Below are positions 40,823 to 55,300 of a DNA stretch of 64,000 nucleotides, piece by piece. Numbering within the stretch: position 1 is the stretch's first letter; each line of letters opens with the position of its first letter. Source of the stretch: Daphnia carinata (lineage: Eukaryota). The stretch spans positions 1,488,001-1,552,000 of the forward strand of contig NC_081331.1 of assembly GCF_022539665.2 (NCBI RefSeq), given 5' to 3'. The notes under the pieces were generated by a model. That model saw only the letters and a list, made by a program, of their open reading frames with translations, was not told where the DNA came from and made no database searches. The position numbers were made by a program, and so were the translations under genes.

Positions 40823-43800
40823 TTTTCACGAAATATTTGGCCCGTTCCCTTTAAAATTTGAGCCCAACATTCGCCACAAACGGAAAAAATTAACGTAAAG
40901 TAAAAATAAATAAATAAAAAAAAAAAAATGAGGATAATTTGGTTCAAAAATCGGGGAATCACGTGCCTCATTGCCCCTCACGTGAACGCCACATTGAAAA
41001 ACACGCATAAAGACAAAAGCGCAAATGTTTAAATAAATGCACGAATACAATTAAATATAATTATAAATCATCCATTTCTTATATTATTACATCCTGCCAT
41101 GTCGATAAAACCACAGGTTACGGGAACAGTGTCAACAAACGAACGACCTTCTATTGAACGTGTGATTCCTCAATCATCCAAAAGGAACGATGCCCTGATA
41201 CTTATAATTCATGAATTGCGATATGTACAATGACAAACCCCTTGGTTAACTAATGTGTCCCCTCTTTTTCCAATTTCCATTTCTTTGTTAAAGTGTCTGC
41301 AATTTTAGGAAAATAAACTAGGAATAAAAAAGGACGTGATTGCATTCAAAACCCATTTCCATGTACCGTTGAGAAAAGCGAATTCCTCGAATTTCGGACG
41401 AATACTTTCATCGTTCGCCATTCGTAGATAAAATCTATTTTTATATTGCTATTGTGTGTGTTGAATAAATAGCCCAAGGATTGTTGATCTGCGCTGTAAA
41501 CGACAAAGCTCGACTTCCTCAATCCCCGTAGCCCAATGACCGCTAAAATGTAGACTGTTGTCGAGTCAGCGTGAGTGAGATCATTTCGATAAAAGAAAAG
41601 GCCGAGAAAGCTTTAGCTTACAAGCAACCAACGATGATACGACACTCTTCAATTTTCAATCTACTTTATTATTTCCTTCGGCCAGAATATAACCAATCAA
41701 CAAAACGAAAATGCACGCAACCTCCATCTCCCGACATGGTCGGTAAGTTTCTTACAACTCCACTTCACTCGACATCTTTCTGGAAGCTCCTCCCTGTTTT
41801 AATGAATTCACGCACACACACACACACACGGTAGTACCTCCACAGCAAACTTTCACCCTCCTTTTCTTTGTGTTTCTCCACCTCATCCGATTGGAGATTA
41901 GCCAATAGAGGCAAACAGTTCCCATCGTTAAAGGGATATTATGTGTTTTCACGATTTGCGCAGAAATGGTGACGATCGTCTCTTACTAATTGTAGCAATT
42001 GAAGTATTAAACAACCATTGGAGAGAGCTCTTTTCGTTTTTACCCGTACTTCCCCGACTGAAAGTTGAGCCGACAAAATGAGAGATCGCGGACCACCAAA
42101 AATATTCTTTCTTTTTTCAATTATTAATTTCATCGCTTATTCTGGTGACAGGCAGCAGCCACGTAAAAGTTGGAAGATCAATGGTTGTTAATTAGAGGTT
42201 GCCTTCGAGGGATAAAAAAAAAACGTAACTGGATCCCAGCCAAAAAAACATGCCAGTCTACCGAACAAGAAGAAAAGTTTATGCATTTTTCCAATCACGG
42301 ATTCCATCGTAATTTTTTTGTTTGTGTGTCAATGATATGAAAGAAATAAAAACACGGATACATACATCGCGATAATATCAAGATTCAACGGATGTTTTGG
42401 TGTTTGTCACCGTTTTGCTTTAATGTAAAAAAAAAAAAAAAAATGTTTGTTTTTCCTTTGAACTTCCTTCTTCCTTCTGGTTTTCGATTTTTTTTCCTTT
42501 TGTTTTCAAAGGTAGAAGTAAAAGTGAAAACGGAGGGCGACGTGATGGCGTTGTGTAGTTCGAGAAAGTTTGTTGGGCACCACCTCCCCGTTGTACGCCC
42601 TTGTCCGTTGCTGGACGATGAGGCGCCATACTGGATTGATCCGGACGTTCGTATAATGTACGTGAGTGCCAAATTGATCGTCACGATTCTTTCCCCTCAA
42701 TTGTCTCATTATTATCTTTCGTCTCTTTCTTCTTTTCAAGGCAGACGTTCGTTATTTTTTTTTTTTTATATATTCACGCCGTCGTTAGCATCCGACTTGT
42801 TTCTCTTGCCTCACGAGTTTCATTGCCATTTTTGTTTCTTCGTTTTTGTTCCGCTGATATAAACGTTTCAACATTTTCAATTTCTACATCAATTGATTAA
42901 CCGTTATCGAAAAAAAATCATTGGCACTGCATTTTTATATTTAATTATCCGTATTTCATTGGTCATGTGTTAATCCACGGAATTTAGTTCATCCGGAATG
43001 GAATTTTAAGCAAAAACCGAGTCGCAAACAGACGGAACCGTTTATCAGAGTCAAAAGCATCCAGACGTCTATATGCGCACAGCAGTGGGCCCGTCATTAT
43101 CGGAGAAAGTTTATACCTTTTTTTTTTCTATCTTTTTCAATATTGAACCAAACACGACATGTACATGCGTTTCGTTATGCGATACGTGCAGGATTTAATT
43201 ATTCAGATACTAAATCAAGCGTGAATGAAACATTTTTGTTCCGCGTTTTTGTGCCGCTTGTGTTTTTCCCGACGAACCAGGTGATGATATTTCGAATATG
43301 CAAAGAACAACTTAACATGTTTGTCTTCAACATCGATTCATCATTCACGCCTACTTTGATTCCAGTTTCCGGGATCAAACAGAAAATAAATTATTGATAA
43401 CTTTTATTCTTTGTTTCTTCCAGCACATGTCATCGATGACTCTATGTATGCAAAATAATTATTCTGATTTCTGTTATCTCTTGTTTTTTTGTGTGTGTGT
43501 GTGGAACATTTCGTATTCTATTGTAAAACCTCGGTCTGGATCTTAACACGAACGACACGAGATTATTCCTTTTTTTTTAAATAAATAAAATAAGGGATTG
43601 CGAGTGGCAGTATCAGTATCATGATGTATAAACATGAGTAACAGCACCGAATCGAAGATAAAGAGAGAGAGAGAGAGACAAAGAAATTCCACGACATCAC
43701 GGACACCTGACTGGAAGACATCTCTTGTTGGGTTACATAAATGATATTTTATTTATGCAGTCCCGCGGCACTGACACACAACACGCACCTATTTGGATAT

Positions 43801-44914
43801 GCATTTCAAGGAAATGTAATAATCGAATAGGAAAAGGGCAAAGTGTTACGCCAAAGAAACAGCGAAAGAGATCGGGCTGGGAATATAATGCAAAAAAAAA
43901 AAAAAAAAATAACATTATTATTATTATAATTAATACTACGAAGTAAAGGGGAAAGAAAAGATTCCAATCATCAAGAGATTAACTGATGAAACTGTCACTT
44001 TCTCTCCTATCTCTCGCTCGTGCGTAGCCAAACCGGCGTCGCTAGCTGCTGGGAACAATGGCGTATAACGCTCACAAAACGGGCCAAATCAAGGGGAGAA
44101 TTCAGTTTCGCCCTCCTCTTTTCACTGAAATTTTGGCTTCTTTTTTTTTCTTCTTATAATCGAGACACGCACGTTGATCTGCTTCTTGGACATGGTGTCG
44201 AAAATCGGATCTACATGATGAGCCGCGAGCAATGGAAAACTAATCACAGTGTCTGTGAATCGAAAAGGGGGGAAAAAAAATGAATATTAGCCATCCATAA
44301 TTTAAGACAGAAAATTGAGAAAAACAACAATCGCTTAACACTTCACGCAATTGTGTGATTCAGGTAAAAATGAACTGGAGAAATGCATCCCTATTATTAT
44401 AGATTTCGCCGAAGCCCGGCGGGGACATTTGCAGTTGCACGGTCGGTATTTTTACACGTTGCTAAAACATTTAAAGAATTTTAGAGACTACGGGACGCCG
44501 AAAACTTGTTTCTCCATCACCGCAACAGCTTAGCTCTTTGCGCAAATATTTAACTTTTTCCAACATCAATCGCTCCCTTTTTAGAAAGAGAGAGAAGAAC
44601 ACGTGACGAATTTTCACTCTTTCTGAAAAGAAAAGTCAACCTCTCTGTTTGTTTCATCATATTGTTGTTTGTTTTTATTATTTTTTGTTGTCTTGTGAAA
44701 GGTTACCCAAACAGACAGATCTCTCTCTCTCTAGGCTAAAATCTGACGTTCCTGAGTCCTCATCTTGTAACTCGACTGCGGACTCTATCGGTTGCTGCTG
44801 CTTTCCATTTACATCAACGCTAAAGCCATCAGTTGAGATCTCACGTGTTGAGCGAAATCCTTTTCGTTGGATGACGTCCAGTCAAGTTCTTTTTCTTTTT
44901 TGTCCTATTCTTCG

Positions 44915-44946
<32 letters not shown>

Positions 44947-47900
44947 ATATACAACATCAATACGTTTCAGGCTATATATCAAAGACGTTAGAGAGCGAAA
45001 GTAAAAGTTAGTCTTTTGAACTGGGGGGAGTAGAGAGAGAGAGAGAAAGAGAGAGAGAGAAAAATGAAGAAGGAAAGATTTCTTTTCCTCTTATATATTT
45101 TTTTCCTGTTGTGTGCGTATCGCTCTTTTTTGGCTTTTCATGTCCCTCTCTCTTCGTTGGGTGGACACACACACCAATGAAAATAGAAGAATTTGAATCT
45201 GAAAGCCCCGAAACCAGTCACAAACGAGGCCGGAGGTGGTAAATTGTCGTTTGGTTGCGTGAGCTCGAGTTAGTGGAAATCCCCCTTTAAAAAAAAAATT
45301 CCTCTACTACATTTTTGAAATGCATTATTTATTGCCGTGCGATGTCGGCACGATTCGTTAATGGCCGACTCTAAACAGCCAAATGCATAGAAAGACGGCC
45401 TTGTTCATCGTCCCGCACGAAATGGCTTCTTCTTTCTTCTATTGTACCAATGTATGGCATTTGGTCTGGTCATTGCTGTGTATACCTCAACACAAAACTT
45501 ACCCCCCCCCCCTCCAAAAACGTCAAAAGGACCTTAACAAAAAACACGACTTTTCTTTGATTTTTGTCAACACCTGATCGTCACGTCAAAGAAAAGTTTC
45601 TTTTTGTTTGAATGCCACGTATCGGCAAAGTGTGCACGAAAGCCAAGAGAGAAAGACGAAAGAGTTAGCGATGCTTGTGTGTGTGTGTTGCCACCTGCTA
45701 TATATCTGATGATGAGGAAACACTATGAGCTTTATAATCTGTACAAGTTAACAGCAGCGACGACTCCATCACGAGGATCTTGTGAAAAAACTTTCACTTC
45801 ACGGCCGTCGTCGCGTCTACCCCCTAGCCGTGTCTTCTTTTTTCTTTCTTTCCCCTATATCTACACTTCTCCTCTTAATACTTTTATTGCAGAGACTCCG
45901 AACGGACGGCGCCCGTCTTTTCTGGCTGATGACTCCCAACGTCAAATAGCCTAAACGAAGCCTTGGGCGCAAAAGCCGCGTCATATAAAACGCCCTACGT
46001 ACAACACGACCCGAGAGATCCATCCAACTCAATGTTGCACACTTTTTTTTTTTTTTTATGTCATTTCTTTTTATTTCTTTGTTTTCCGTCCCACGCATTG
46101 TGTCTCTGTCCCTGCGACATGTTTTTAACCGTCTCTGTTTGGAGGTCCTGCCACTACAAGATGCGCGTGCGCAATTCGCTCTTTATGGACGATGACAATT
46201 CGGAATGACGAACACAAAACGAGAGAAACTCACGAGATGCCATCATCGGTCAGGTGATAATAAAATCCTAAAAAAAAAAAAGAAACCAGAAGAAGAAGTG
46301 CATAACGACACACTTTTGCATTGATTTCGGATACAGGCAAATAAGGCAAGGGCTTCATTTCGAACCCAGAGCCGCCACCGTTGTACAACAATTGTGTACC
46401 ATTGGTAAATACGGTCTCTCTCTTTTTGCATGTCACCGTATAACTTGTTGGCTATGTATTACCTGTCGCTCGTGAGGGTCACGTGGAAAACTTTCCGACC
46501 TTATGCCATTTCTTTCGGCCACCATCAACCGACCTTGACTTCCAACAGCCAATGATGCTGCTATTTCTGATATAAGGTTGAAAAACAATATCCGTTCACC
46601 AGGATTTGAAAGTGAATCTAAGTTGGGGTGCTGTCAAAAGAAACGAAAGATTCGAAAAAAAAAAAAAAACGAAGAGATAAAATTAAGACAAATTATTAAT
46701 CAAGACAACCAAAATGTATCGCTATAAAAGAAGAAAAGCGTCAAACAATGCAATGAGCAAATGGCAAAAATGAAAAAAGTGTTTCTCTTTTTTTTTGCTG
46801 CTTTTGCTACATGTTCTCATCGCGTTATCACATTGTCAAACGTAGTTGGCCCGATGTGGTGGAGCGTGAGGGATTTTTAGCATAGTAAAAAAAAAAAACG
46901 GAGTATGCCGTCAGTGCTTTGGGCCGATCCGTTGGTTCCACGAAAATGGCGGTCTGCCGAACATACCCTCTCGTTTCGTCACAGCTCTCTCTCCTTCTCT
47001 CTCCATGCCAGATTTTCTCCGAATATTTTGCACGCACGAGCGGGACATTTGAGAGCGAGGACATAGCGAGCGATTCTTTTCAATAAGCAACATCTTATAT
47101 GCAAATAAACTATGTATTTATGTTTCTTAAATGGCGAACAATAACCAACAGTCTGATAAAATATAGACGCCATAATTGACGTTTTTGTTTCGTTTGTCAA
47201 ATATATTAAAGTCCCGTTTTTATTCGTTTTTCGCTTTGTTCTTAACATCACGCCGGGCTTGACATCATCACGCAGTCAAAACTGGCAAATGCGTACGCAC
47301 TTAATCGTATTTTATATACACACTCCACCCAAAGAGAGAAGAAAGTGTCTTTCCATTTTCTTTTTACTATTATGCACATATAACGAAACGATCCGATAGA
47401 AATCACGATGGGCCATCACGATAGAGTCATCATCATCATCAACGGTTGGGACCCATAGTATGGCGTTCATTGGCGGCATCGGTGGTCGTAGTTCTTTTGT
47501 TTTTATTCTATTTGGTATTGCAACGATGAACGTCAGTCGTGTACGTCACGAGCTCAGCATGCGGTGTATTTGTATTCAATATATTTTGCCGCTCTGCGTT
47601 GTATATACCATGCCCTGTGCAGGGTACGATCCCCATTTAAAACCATCACCAAAATTCACGTGCGGTGGGGCGAGTTGTAAAACGGAAACGTACCAAAATC
47701 GATGAAATTGTTTTCCATTTTTTCCTGTGGCAATGATGGCGGTTGGATTTGCAAGTCAGCTCTTTTTTGTTTATCGACATGTACGAAATCTGATTGATTG
47801 ATGAACCAGCTTCTTATTTTTTTTTTTTTTTTTGTTCCTTCTAACTTTTGCACAACTTTCCCGCAACGGCTTGTTGTTGGGGCAACTTCGGACATGCGTC

Positions 47901-50900
47901 AACATGTCCTACGTATAAGGGACCCGTTCTTTTATTCTGATGTCATACCAGTCGGTCCAGTTGCGGTTGAATACAAAACAGGAAGGACAAGACGAAAGTA
48001 AAAAGGGTAGAAAATAACCCACAAACGAGACGTGAGAATATAAAAGGGAATGTCTAAAGGAAAAGAAATTAAAATTTAAAAAAAAAAAAAAAAAAAAGAA
48101 GGTGAAAAGAAGGAGAAACTGACGAGAGAAAGAGACACCAGGGCAAGAGTAGGAGAGAGGTGGTGACCGGGACGAGTTGATATAGCGTGGCCTCATGTGA
48201 TTGAAGTGAAAGTGAAATTCCATGTCAGCAATTTCATTTAAAGTATTTATTTTTTTTTGTTATACTATTTCCCTTGGGGTTAGGACATTCGATAACGTCG
48301 ACCGTGGTAGTAACAACGTCCAACAAATGTTATTCAAATTGACCATTCCGAATGTTCTGGTGGGAATTTTATTAAAAACCTTAATTTCAAACATTCGATG
48401 TTTTGTTTTTTTAGAGAAAACTTTGAGCTATTCTTACTCGCGCCGACAGTAATAATAAAATACATCTACGCAGAGAAGCATCAGATTGTAAAAATAGCTT
48501 GAGGAATCTATCAAAGAAGGTGAGGAATGGCTGTTTGCGGATAGTGGGTGGAAAGGTAAAATGGCAAGTCGTTTCCTTTTCGGGACAATGTCGTGCAAAG
48601 TTTGAAAGCTGCTTATATTGCGCAAGGGTTTTCTAATCGTTTTTGTCGTCACTGGTGAAAATCGCGCTGGATTGATTTCCGAGACTTTATCATTGTGTCG
48701 CCGTCAAAAATTTTCTCTTATTTCTTCACCTGTCTACTTTCATAAGATCAAAAAAAAAAAAAAAAATAAAACACACACACAAAAAAAATACATAAATGAT
48801 CTCTCATCCTTATAGGCCAATCGTTTTTCGGGATGTCGGTAGCCGAGCACATATCTGGGCGCCCTGTTTCTTTCGGGAATGAACAAGCATATCACGAGCA
48901 TTATTCACGCGCAGCAGCACGTAGCTAAAAAAAAAAAAAAATGAACAAGAAATTATACAATAAAAAAAAAAACTGCACCCCCTGGTTTTTCTTCTTTTCT
49001 CTATAGCCCAGCAACAACAAGGTCCTTATCACGTTCATATCACCCGTCAGATCTCATCATTGTTTTCACTTGTAGCTGTTTTTTTTTTCGTTTGCACACA
49101 CACAAACACACGAATTCAAAATTAACAGGCAAAAAAAAAAAATAAAAATAAAAAATAAAATGTCGGACTCATTTTTCATCGTATGCAGCAAAAGGATAAC
49201 ATCATCAGCAATGGAAGCGGCTGAACCGTTACAAGTTGGCCCGTTTTGGTCCTTAGAACAATCACACATTTTCACAGTGCTGTGGAGTTCAGTAGATATC
49301 TAGGCTGATTTTCCGACAACCAACTGGCCTCTAGGCACAATATAATCAAGCCAACGAGCAATGCTCTATAAGGGTAATGAGCTAATGGGGAAGACGATGA
49401 ACAAGAGAGAAAAATTGGGAGCAAAACCTCCCAGGTGAACCTGTTAAAAAAAAAAAAAAAATCTTTAAGAAAAACGGCTGCTGTTAAGACGAAGCAAAAC
49501 TGTGCGTGCGCCACTTGCGTTCTCGTACACATCACCTGAATTTTGCTGCTAGATCATAAACGAAAGTGAGACTTTCAAAAAATGGCGTTCTACATTCATT
49601 TTTTTTTTTCCTTCTTCTTTGGCTTCTTCTTTATCTTCTTTTCTTTTTTTGGCTGGCAAACAAAGCTGTTGGAGAGTGGGGCTGCTTTCAGTTGGCTGTG
49701 ATTGTTCGTTTCTTTGCTGTTCTTACTAGCAGAGTCTGAGTGGAAAAGTAGGAAGAAGACGGCCGGGCTCGGAAGAGGACTAAACGAGAGAAAAGATGAA
49801 GCGAGAGAGAAACGAGAGAAAGAGAAAATAGGACAGGTCCTTGTCCAAGGCCGTCCCAGCTTCAGCCTGCTCACGATATTCACTAAATTTCCAGCACAAA
49901 CGTTTCGAGTCTCGTATAGACGCGCTGCCAGTTGTATTTATTAGATATGCATACACAACCAGGACAAGCGGATGTGCGCTGACTTTTGCTGTTTATGTCG
50001 CAGCCACAGCGTGAACCCACAAACAAGAACTGCCACCCAACAGCAACAACGTTCAGCTATTCGACCGCGTGCGAATCGATGGTGAGACGTGCGCCAGCAG
50101 CTTCTGCAACTCGTTGCCCTTTTGATTTATCAAAGCTGAACTAAAACAACTGCTGTTTTTGCCCATGTTTTGTTGTCTGTGCGTAACCATAAACTTTGTG
50201 CTGGCTCATCGTTGCAACATTTATCTATTTTTTTGTTTCTCTTCTTCTTGGCTATCCCAAGGAGGAAAAATTCATCGACAAGTACCGATCACCGTTTAAA
50301 TGCATTTCTTCACCGTCTATAAAAGAAACTAGATCACACAGGTGAAACGGTGAACATAGCCAACGTTACCACTCCCTGTTTTGTTTTGTTTTTTCGCTTC
50401 AATTCCTTTACTTTTACCGTTTCTTTTTACGCATTTTATCTATAGACGTCCTCGCATCAAACTTGATTTGGATTTCTTCCGTAAGTTGTGGTTTAAACAA
50501 TTTCCTCTGTCTATGTAGCAGCTCCACTGACACACAAAAACGAAAGGCTGCGCTGTTCTGCCCATCCAAAAGATATCAAGTATTTTCTTTCACAGGACAA
50601 AAAAACTGCGTGTAAAAAATGTATTCAAAGTATGCCATATCTATTGTCGCGTGGACATGTATGGCGTCTACATACATGTGAGCACTAAAGCGTAAATCAT
50701 GTACTCGATCTAACCCGCCCGGTAGCTCGCTTGACGTTATGCGCACAGTTATATGATACATTATGTATAATGCATAGGACTATGCGCAACATTATTATCG
50801 TGCAATCCTTCATTGTCATCCGTTAAGGTGACTTACGTCACGACATGGAATGCCAACGAAGGGAACGTGGCTAATATTGTGAAAACTGGCCGGAAATTCT

Positions 50901-51195
50901 TCTAAATAGTTTGAAATTAAATACCTCTATTAACAAACAAGTATTTTTTTTTTTCTTTTCTTTTCTTTTTTTTTTTTTTAACGAAGCGTTACAATCTCGT
51001 GTGATTTATAACATACGTACAGACTGTATCAAACGGTTGGATCTGCTGCGCAACAGCAAAAAAAAAAAAAAAAAAGAAAAATCACTTTCACTCGCCAACT
51101 TTTCCCAAACGAGTTGTTTTTATTTTGTGTATAGCCGAAAGCTGTGGAATCGTGTTAGTGATAACGACAAATCGGAAATAAGCCCAATTTCGATG

Positions 51196-51233
<38 letters not shown>

Positions 51234-52277
51234 CTTTAAATACGAAAGCCGGCAAAAATGTTGATCGATATCGCCGATAGAGAGAACTTGGTGCCTTTGA
51301 CGGCATCAACTCCCTATAACACGTCGTCGTCGGCATTCTTTCCTTCCTCTATCAACAGCGCAGCAGTTTTGTAACACACGAAGTAGGAAAAAAAAAAAAA
51401 AAAAATATTGTATTATAATAGCCGAAGTATACATATAGGATAGGCCAATCGATTATCGCGCCGAGTGAGGACAACATAACACATTCACGCGCGCCAGCAA
51501 CAAAACGGAAAATCCCAACTTCTTTTTTTTTTTTTTTTTTTTTTTTTTCTTTTTTGTTCGTTTGTGCAACTGGCTGGGGCGACGGAATGCGCCTCGGAGA
51601 AGAAACTTTCACATCTCTATAGCTATAGAGAAAAAAAAAGACTGCGGGGAAAAACAAAAAAAAAAACGGAAAACAATCACAATAAACAGATAATCTAACC
51701 ACTTCCACTGTGTGGTGCTTGCGCATCGTCTAATAACGTGAGTAATGCAATTAATGCTCTTTTTTTTTTTTTCTCCTTCTTCTAGGGAATCGACAGCAGC
51801 GGGGAAAACAACAGCCCTCGTGATCTTTTTTGCTGACCTGTCAAATAGAAATCGCGTCGTTCACGGTCGCGGCTCGGAATCAGCTATTACGGCTGTATAA
51901 ACAAACATCTCCCCGCCAACAAGAGGAGAAGAAAAACAACAAAAAAAAAAGGTGGGTTATTATTACCAGCGTAGACGTTTACATCAGAGGAAAAGGAGAG
52001 GGGCGTGTCGGGCTTGTCAAGTCGACATGTCGGTCCGATAAAGATGAATCGGCCAAACAATAGGCAACGGTTCATTTCTATTTTGGCATCAGTTCCAAAA
52101 CGAAATGTTGTTCTTTTTTTTTTCTTCGACTGCTTAAGCAATAAGAATAGAGCCGTGAGGAAAGAGAAAGAAAGATATGAAGGAAGAAGAGACGAAAGAG
52201 ACTTTTTCTTTCCGATGAGAAGGGTATCGCTAATGGAGAGGAATGCTGCCGACCTCATCCGACCTGCCACCGACGAC

Positions 52278-52301
52278 CTCTCTCTCTCTCTCTCTCTCTC
52301 T
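52278..52301. repeat. (CT)n microsatellite
   Basis: About 12 CT units seen directly. Confidence 0.9.
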
Positions 52302-55300
52302 GCTTCAACTCGGGGTTCTTATCTTTTCTATTCCCCTCCAATAAGTCTTACCCGCGTTCGCATCGGTTTCCTACATGTTGGAGAAAGTTTCCTTCTTTTT
52401 TTTTTCCGGTTAGGTTCCCTGCTGTACGGCGTTCGCCTGCAGCGCCACCTCCACCTCTTGTCATGTCTGCAGCAGCCTTTCCTTTTATTCATCATTTTGA
52501 TGTATTCCCGCGCCCTAAGAGAATTCCATCCTCACAGTCATTTCGTGAGTCTTCCCTTTAAATATATTTTTTTTTTAACCCTAACCTCTCTCTCTCTCAA
52601 TTTCTTTGGTGTCACCATCTTCCATGTGTGCCCAAAATGTCCACGTCTCTCTCTCTCTCTCTCTCCTATTATTCTATATTTCTATTCGTCGTTTTGTTAT
52701 GGTTATTACTCTTTTGGGAGGATTGCTGAAGTTTCCTCGACTGCTGTCGTCCTGCCAACAGAAACAAAACTGGTGGTGTGTTGACTGTCGTGTCGGGATC
52801 GCCGCTTTTCATTTGTGTAAACAAGAAGAAACAAAACAACCAAATTTCATGGATATCTTCGTTGATAAATGGCGAAATCGAGATGACAGTTCACGAATCA
52901 CCTGGGCTCACGTCGGTAGCTGCATACCCTGCATCTCATTATATTCACCTGTTGCATATACGATCTGATTCGCCGTTACATTACCATATTTTTTAAGCAC
53001 CGATTTGATCCCCCCCCCCTTAATCTTTAGCCAATGTCTGCTTTGCTGGATCGACTCTCAGTTGGCTCCATCGTCCCGCTAGTGCGCACACGCAAATATG
53101 CGATTATTAGCTTTGATTAGGAGCTACAGCGAGATCATCAATAGTGAAACTTCATCGTCCAAGTATGGCTGACGATGCAGTGGATAAAACATGTGCGTCT
53201 ACTACCCCCCCCCCCCAAAAAAAAAATAAATAAAATAAAATAAAATAAAATTCAAACGAGATACGTTCTCGCCTTTTCTTTTTTTTATCTTTTTTATTTC
53301 CCTCTTTCATTTTGTTTTGGGTCGGAGGGGGATGTTTGTATTGCCCGTTTACTTTGTAACTCTCCGAAAATCATCGGCTATCGATTCGCAATAGAGGCGC
53401 GTGTACAATGTAGAGAAACTACGCATTGATACGCTGTGTATAAACGTATCCCAAGCAGCACTCATTTGAATACGATTGCGGATGTGCTTTGAAAAGGAAG
53501 GGGGACCCCTCCTATATATATACATATCCCGCTGCCGACCGATAAATATCAGATTATTTAAATGAAGAAGTGGGAAGCGCACTACGTGCAGAGCGACGAG
53601 GAGAAAGCCTCGTCATCGTACAACAGCGACGACCAGCAGCAGCACCATCATCATCAGCAGCTGAATGTGAAGCCCATGTTGCAGTCATAGAGAAAGAAAA
53701 AAAAATGTACCTTTTTTTTTCTTCTTCTCTCCCACACCCACAATACCCCGTTCGAGACGCAGGTATACGATTGTGTAATCATTTGAATTTGGGTCCAATG
53801 GAGACCGTTTTTTTTTTTTTCGATTCCGGTGCCAACAAACAAACATTCCTGCCCATCATTCCCGCAAGGTGTTTTCGTCTTATTCTGTGGTTGGAAATGC
53901 TTGTTTCTCCTCATCAGGAAAAGGGACTTTTGCCTCTCGACGTACACATAAAAAAAAAACAGGTCCAGCATCACATGTGCGGTAGATACGAAATAATAAC
54001 TTGAGGAATCCCGGCTGTTTTTCGGAGCTAAATGGTGCCATATCCTGGTGAGTATTAAGTCAGTCATGCGAGTGTGGATAAAATGGTAGATAGATTATTA
54101 GGGCATCGTGACTAATATGTTATCAGGAAAAAAAAAACAGGTAAATTGGTCGTTCGTTTTACGCTAATTATTCTATGAATTTCTTATGATTGGCTTCAAT
54201 TCGCACACTGGAGAGAAAAAGACGCGCGTGCGTAGTACCTACAAAGACACGCACGCAATATGCACCCCTGTCTTGACACACTGACTGCTGTAAGCAGCAG
54301 CCAGGGCCAGGAACCCAGGAGAAAGCTGCATCATATCAGAACCTGCTGGTATATTATATACATTTTTTTTTCTCTCCCCGTTTTTTTTTTTTTTCGTATC
54401 TTTCTTTCTCGTTTTTTTTTTTCTTGGCCGCAGCTATTCCTTTTTGTGAGCAACTTCATTTTCGAAAGGTTTTGACCCCTCCCTGACTTTTTTTTTTTAT
54501 TTTACGTCTCTCCTCCTCTCTTCGATATACGAGTCTGTCGTTCCTTATACGTGTGTCTCTCTCTCTGTAGCATCTACCATTTCCTGCCCAATCAAAAAAG
54601 AAAAAAAAAAAAAAAATCTCTTCTTTTAATTCCTCGAGGGCCTCGATGTCTGGTCGTCAGGAGCCCCTCCGCTCTGCTGGGTTCTTCTGTTCTGATGATT
54701 ATTTATATTTATGATTTCTTTACGATGGTGAAATCAACAACATTTTCCCTTTTGCTTTCATTCATCTGGTTCTACAGGTACCGAGTGCCCACTCCTCTAG
54801 CAACTAGAGAACTTGGTCATGGTCCTTCCTCCTATCTCTGCCCCCTTCCCTTTTTCAACCCTTTCGGGGGAAATTTTTCATTTGATTTCCACCTTTTTCA
54901 CGACAAAATCCCGAAGGCAAGGTTGTAATTTAATTGTGTACCACTCTGTTGTTTGTTCTTCGTTTTCCTTTCTCTTGTCGCCCCACTCTGTGAGCAAACG
55001 CAGCAAAAGAAAAATACCTAACAAATGTGTTTGTAACGAGTATAGCTTTTTCACGTATCGTGTCGATTAAACGCATGGTTGATTAGCACCTCCATCTTTG
55101 CTCGCCTGTTTAAAGAACAGGCGGAACTCGACGGGAGGCTACGGAAAATTATGTGGATCTACATTTGTTGGACGAACATTTCTAATGAACACGCGATTAT
55201 CTTTGATTAGGCGTAACGACCCAGAACAAGAAAGTGCGTGGAGACAAAAGAAGAACAGGATTAACAAAAAAAAAAAAAAAAAATCCCGCCTTCGCTTAGC

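Noticed and set aside
49225..49270. EGF-like CDCSKDQNGPTC spacing on the - strand
   Set aside because: Only half a motif, with no upstream cysteines in frame and no supporting exon structure.
46530..49853. Two FTZ-F1 consensus sites (TCAAGGTCG on - at 46530-46538, CCAAGGCCG at 49845-49853)
   Set aside because: About one match per 16 kb is expected by chance, so two in 17 kb is not informative.
50651..50685. Small hairpin ACATGTATG...CATACATGT as a miRNA candidate
   Set aside because: The stem (~9 bp) is far too short for a pre-miRNA and matches no miRNA I recognise.
52005..52784. 259-aa ORF in the gene desert
   Set aside because: Composition is driven by CT microsatellites and T runs (LSLSLS, poly-F), it has a non-ATG start, and there is no domain.
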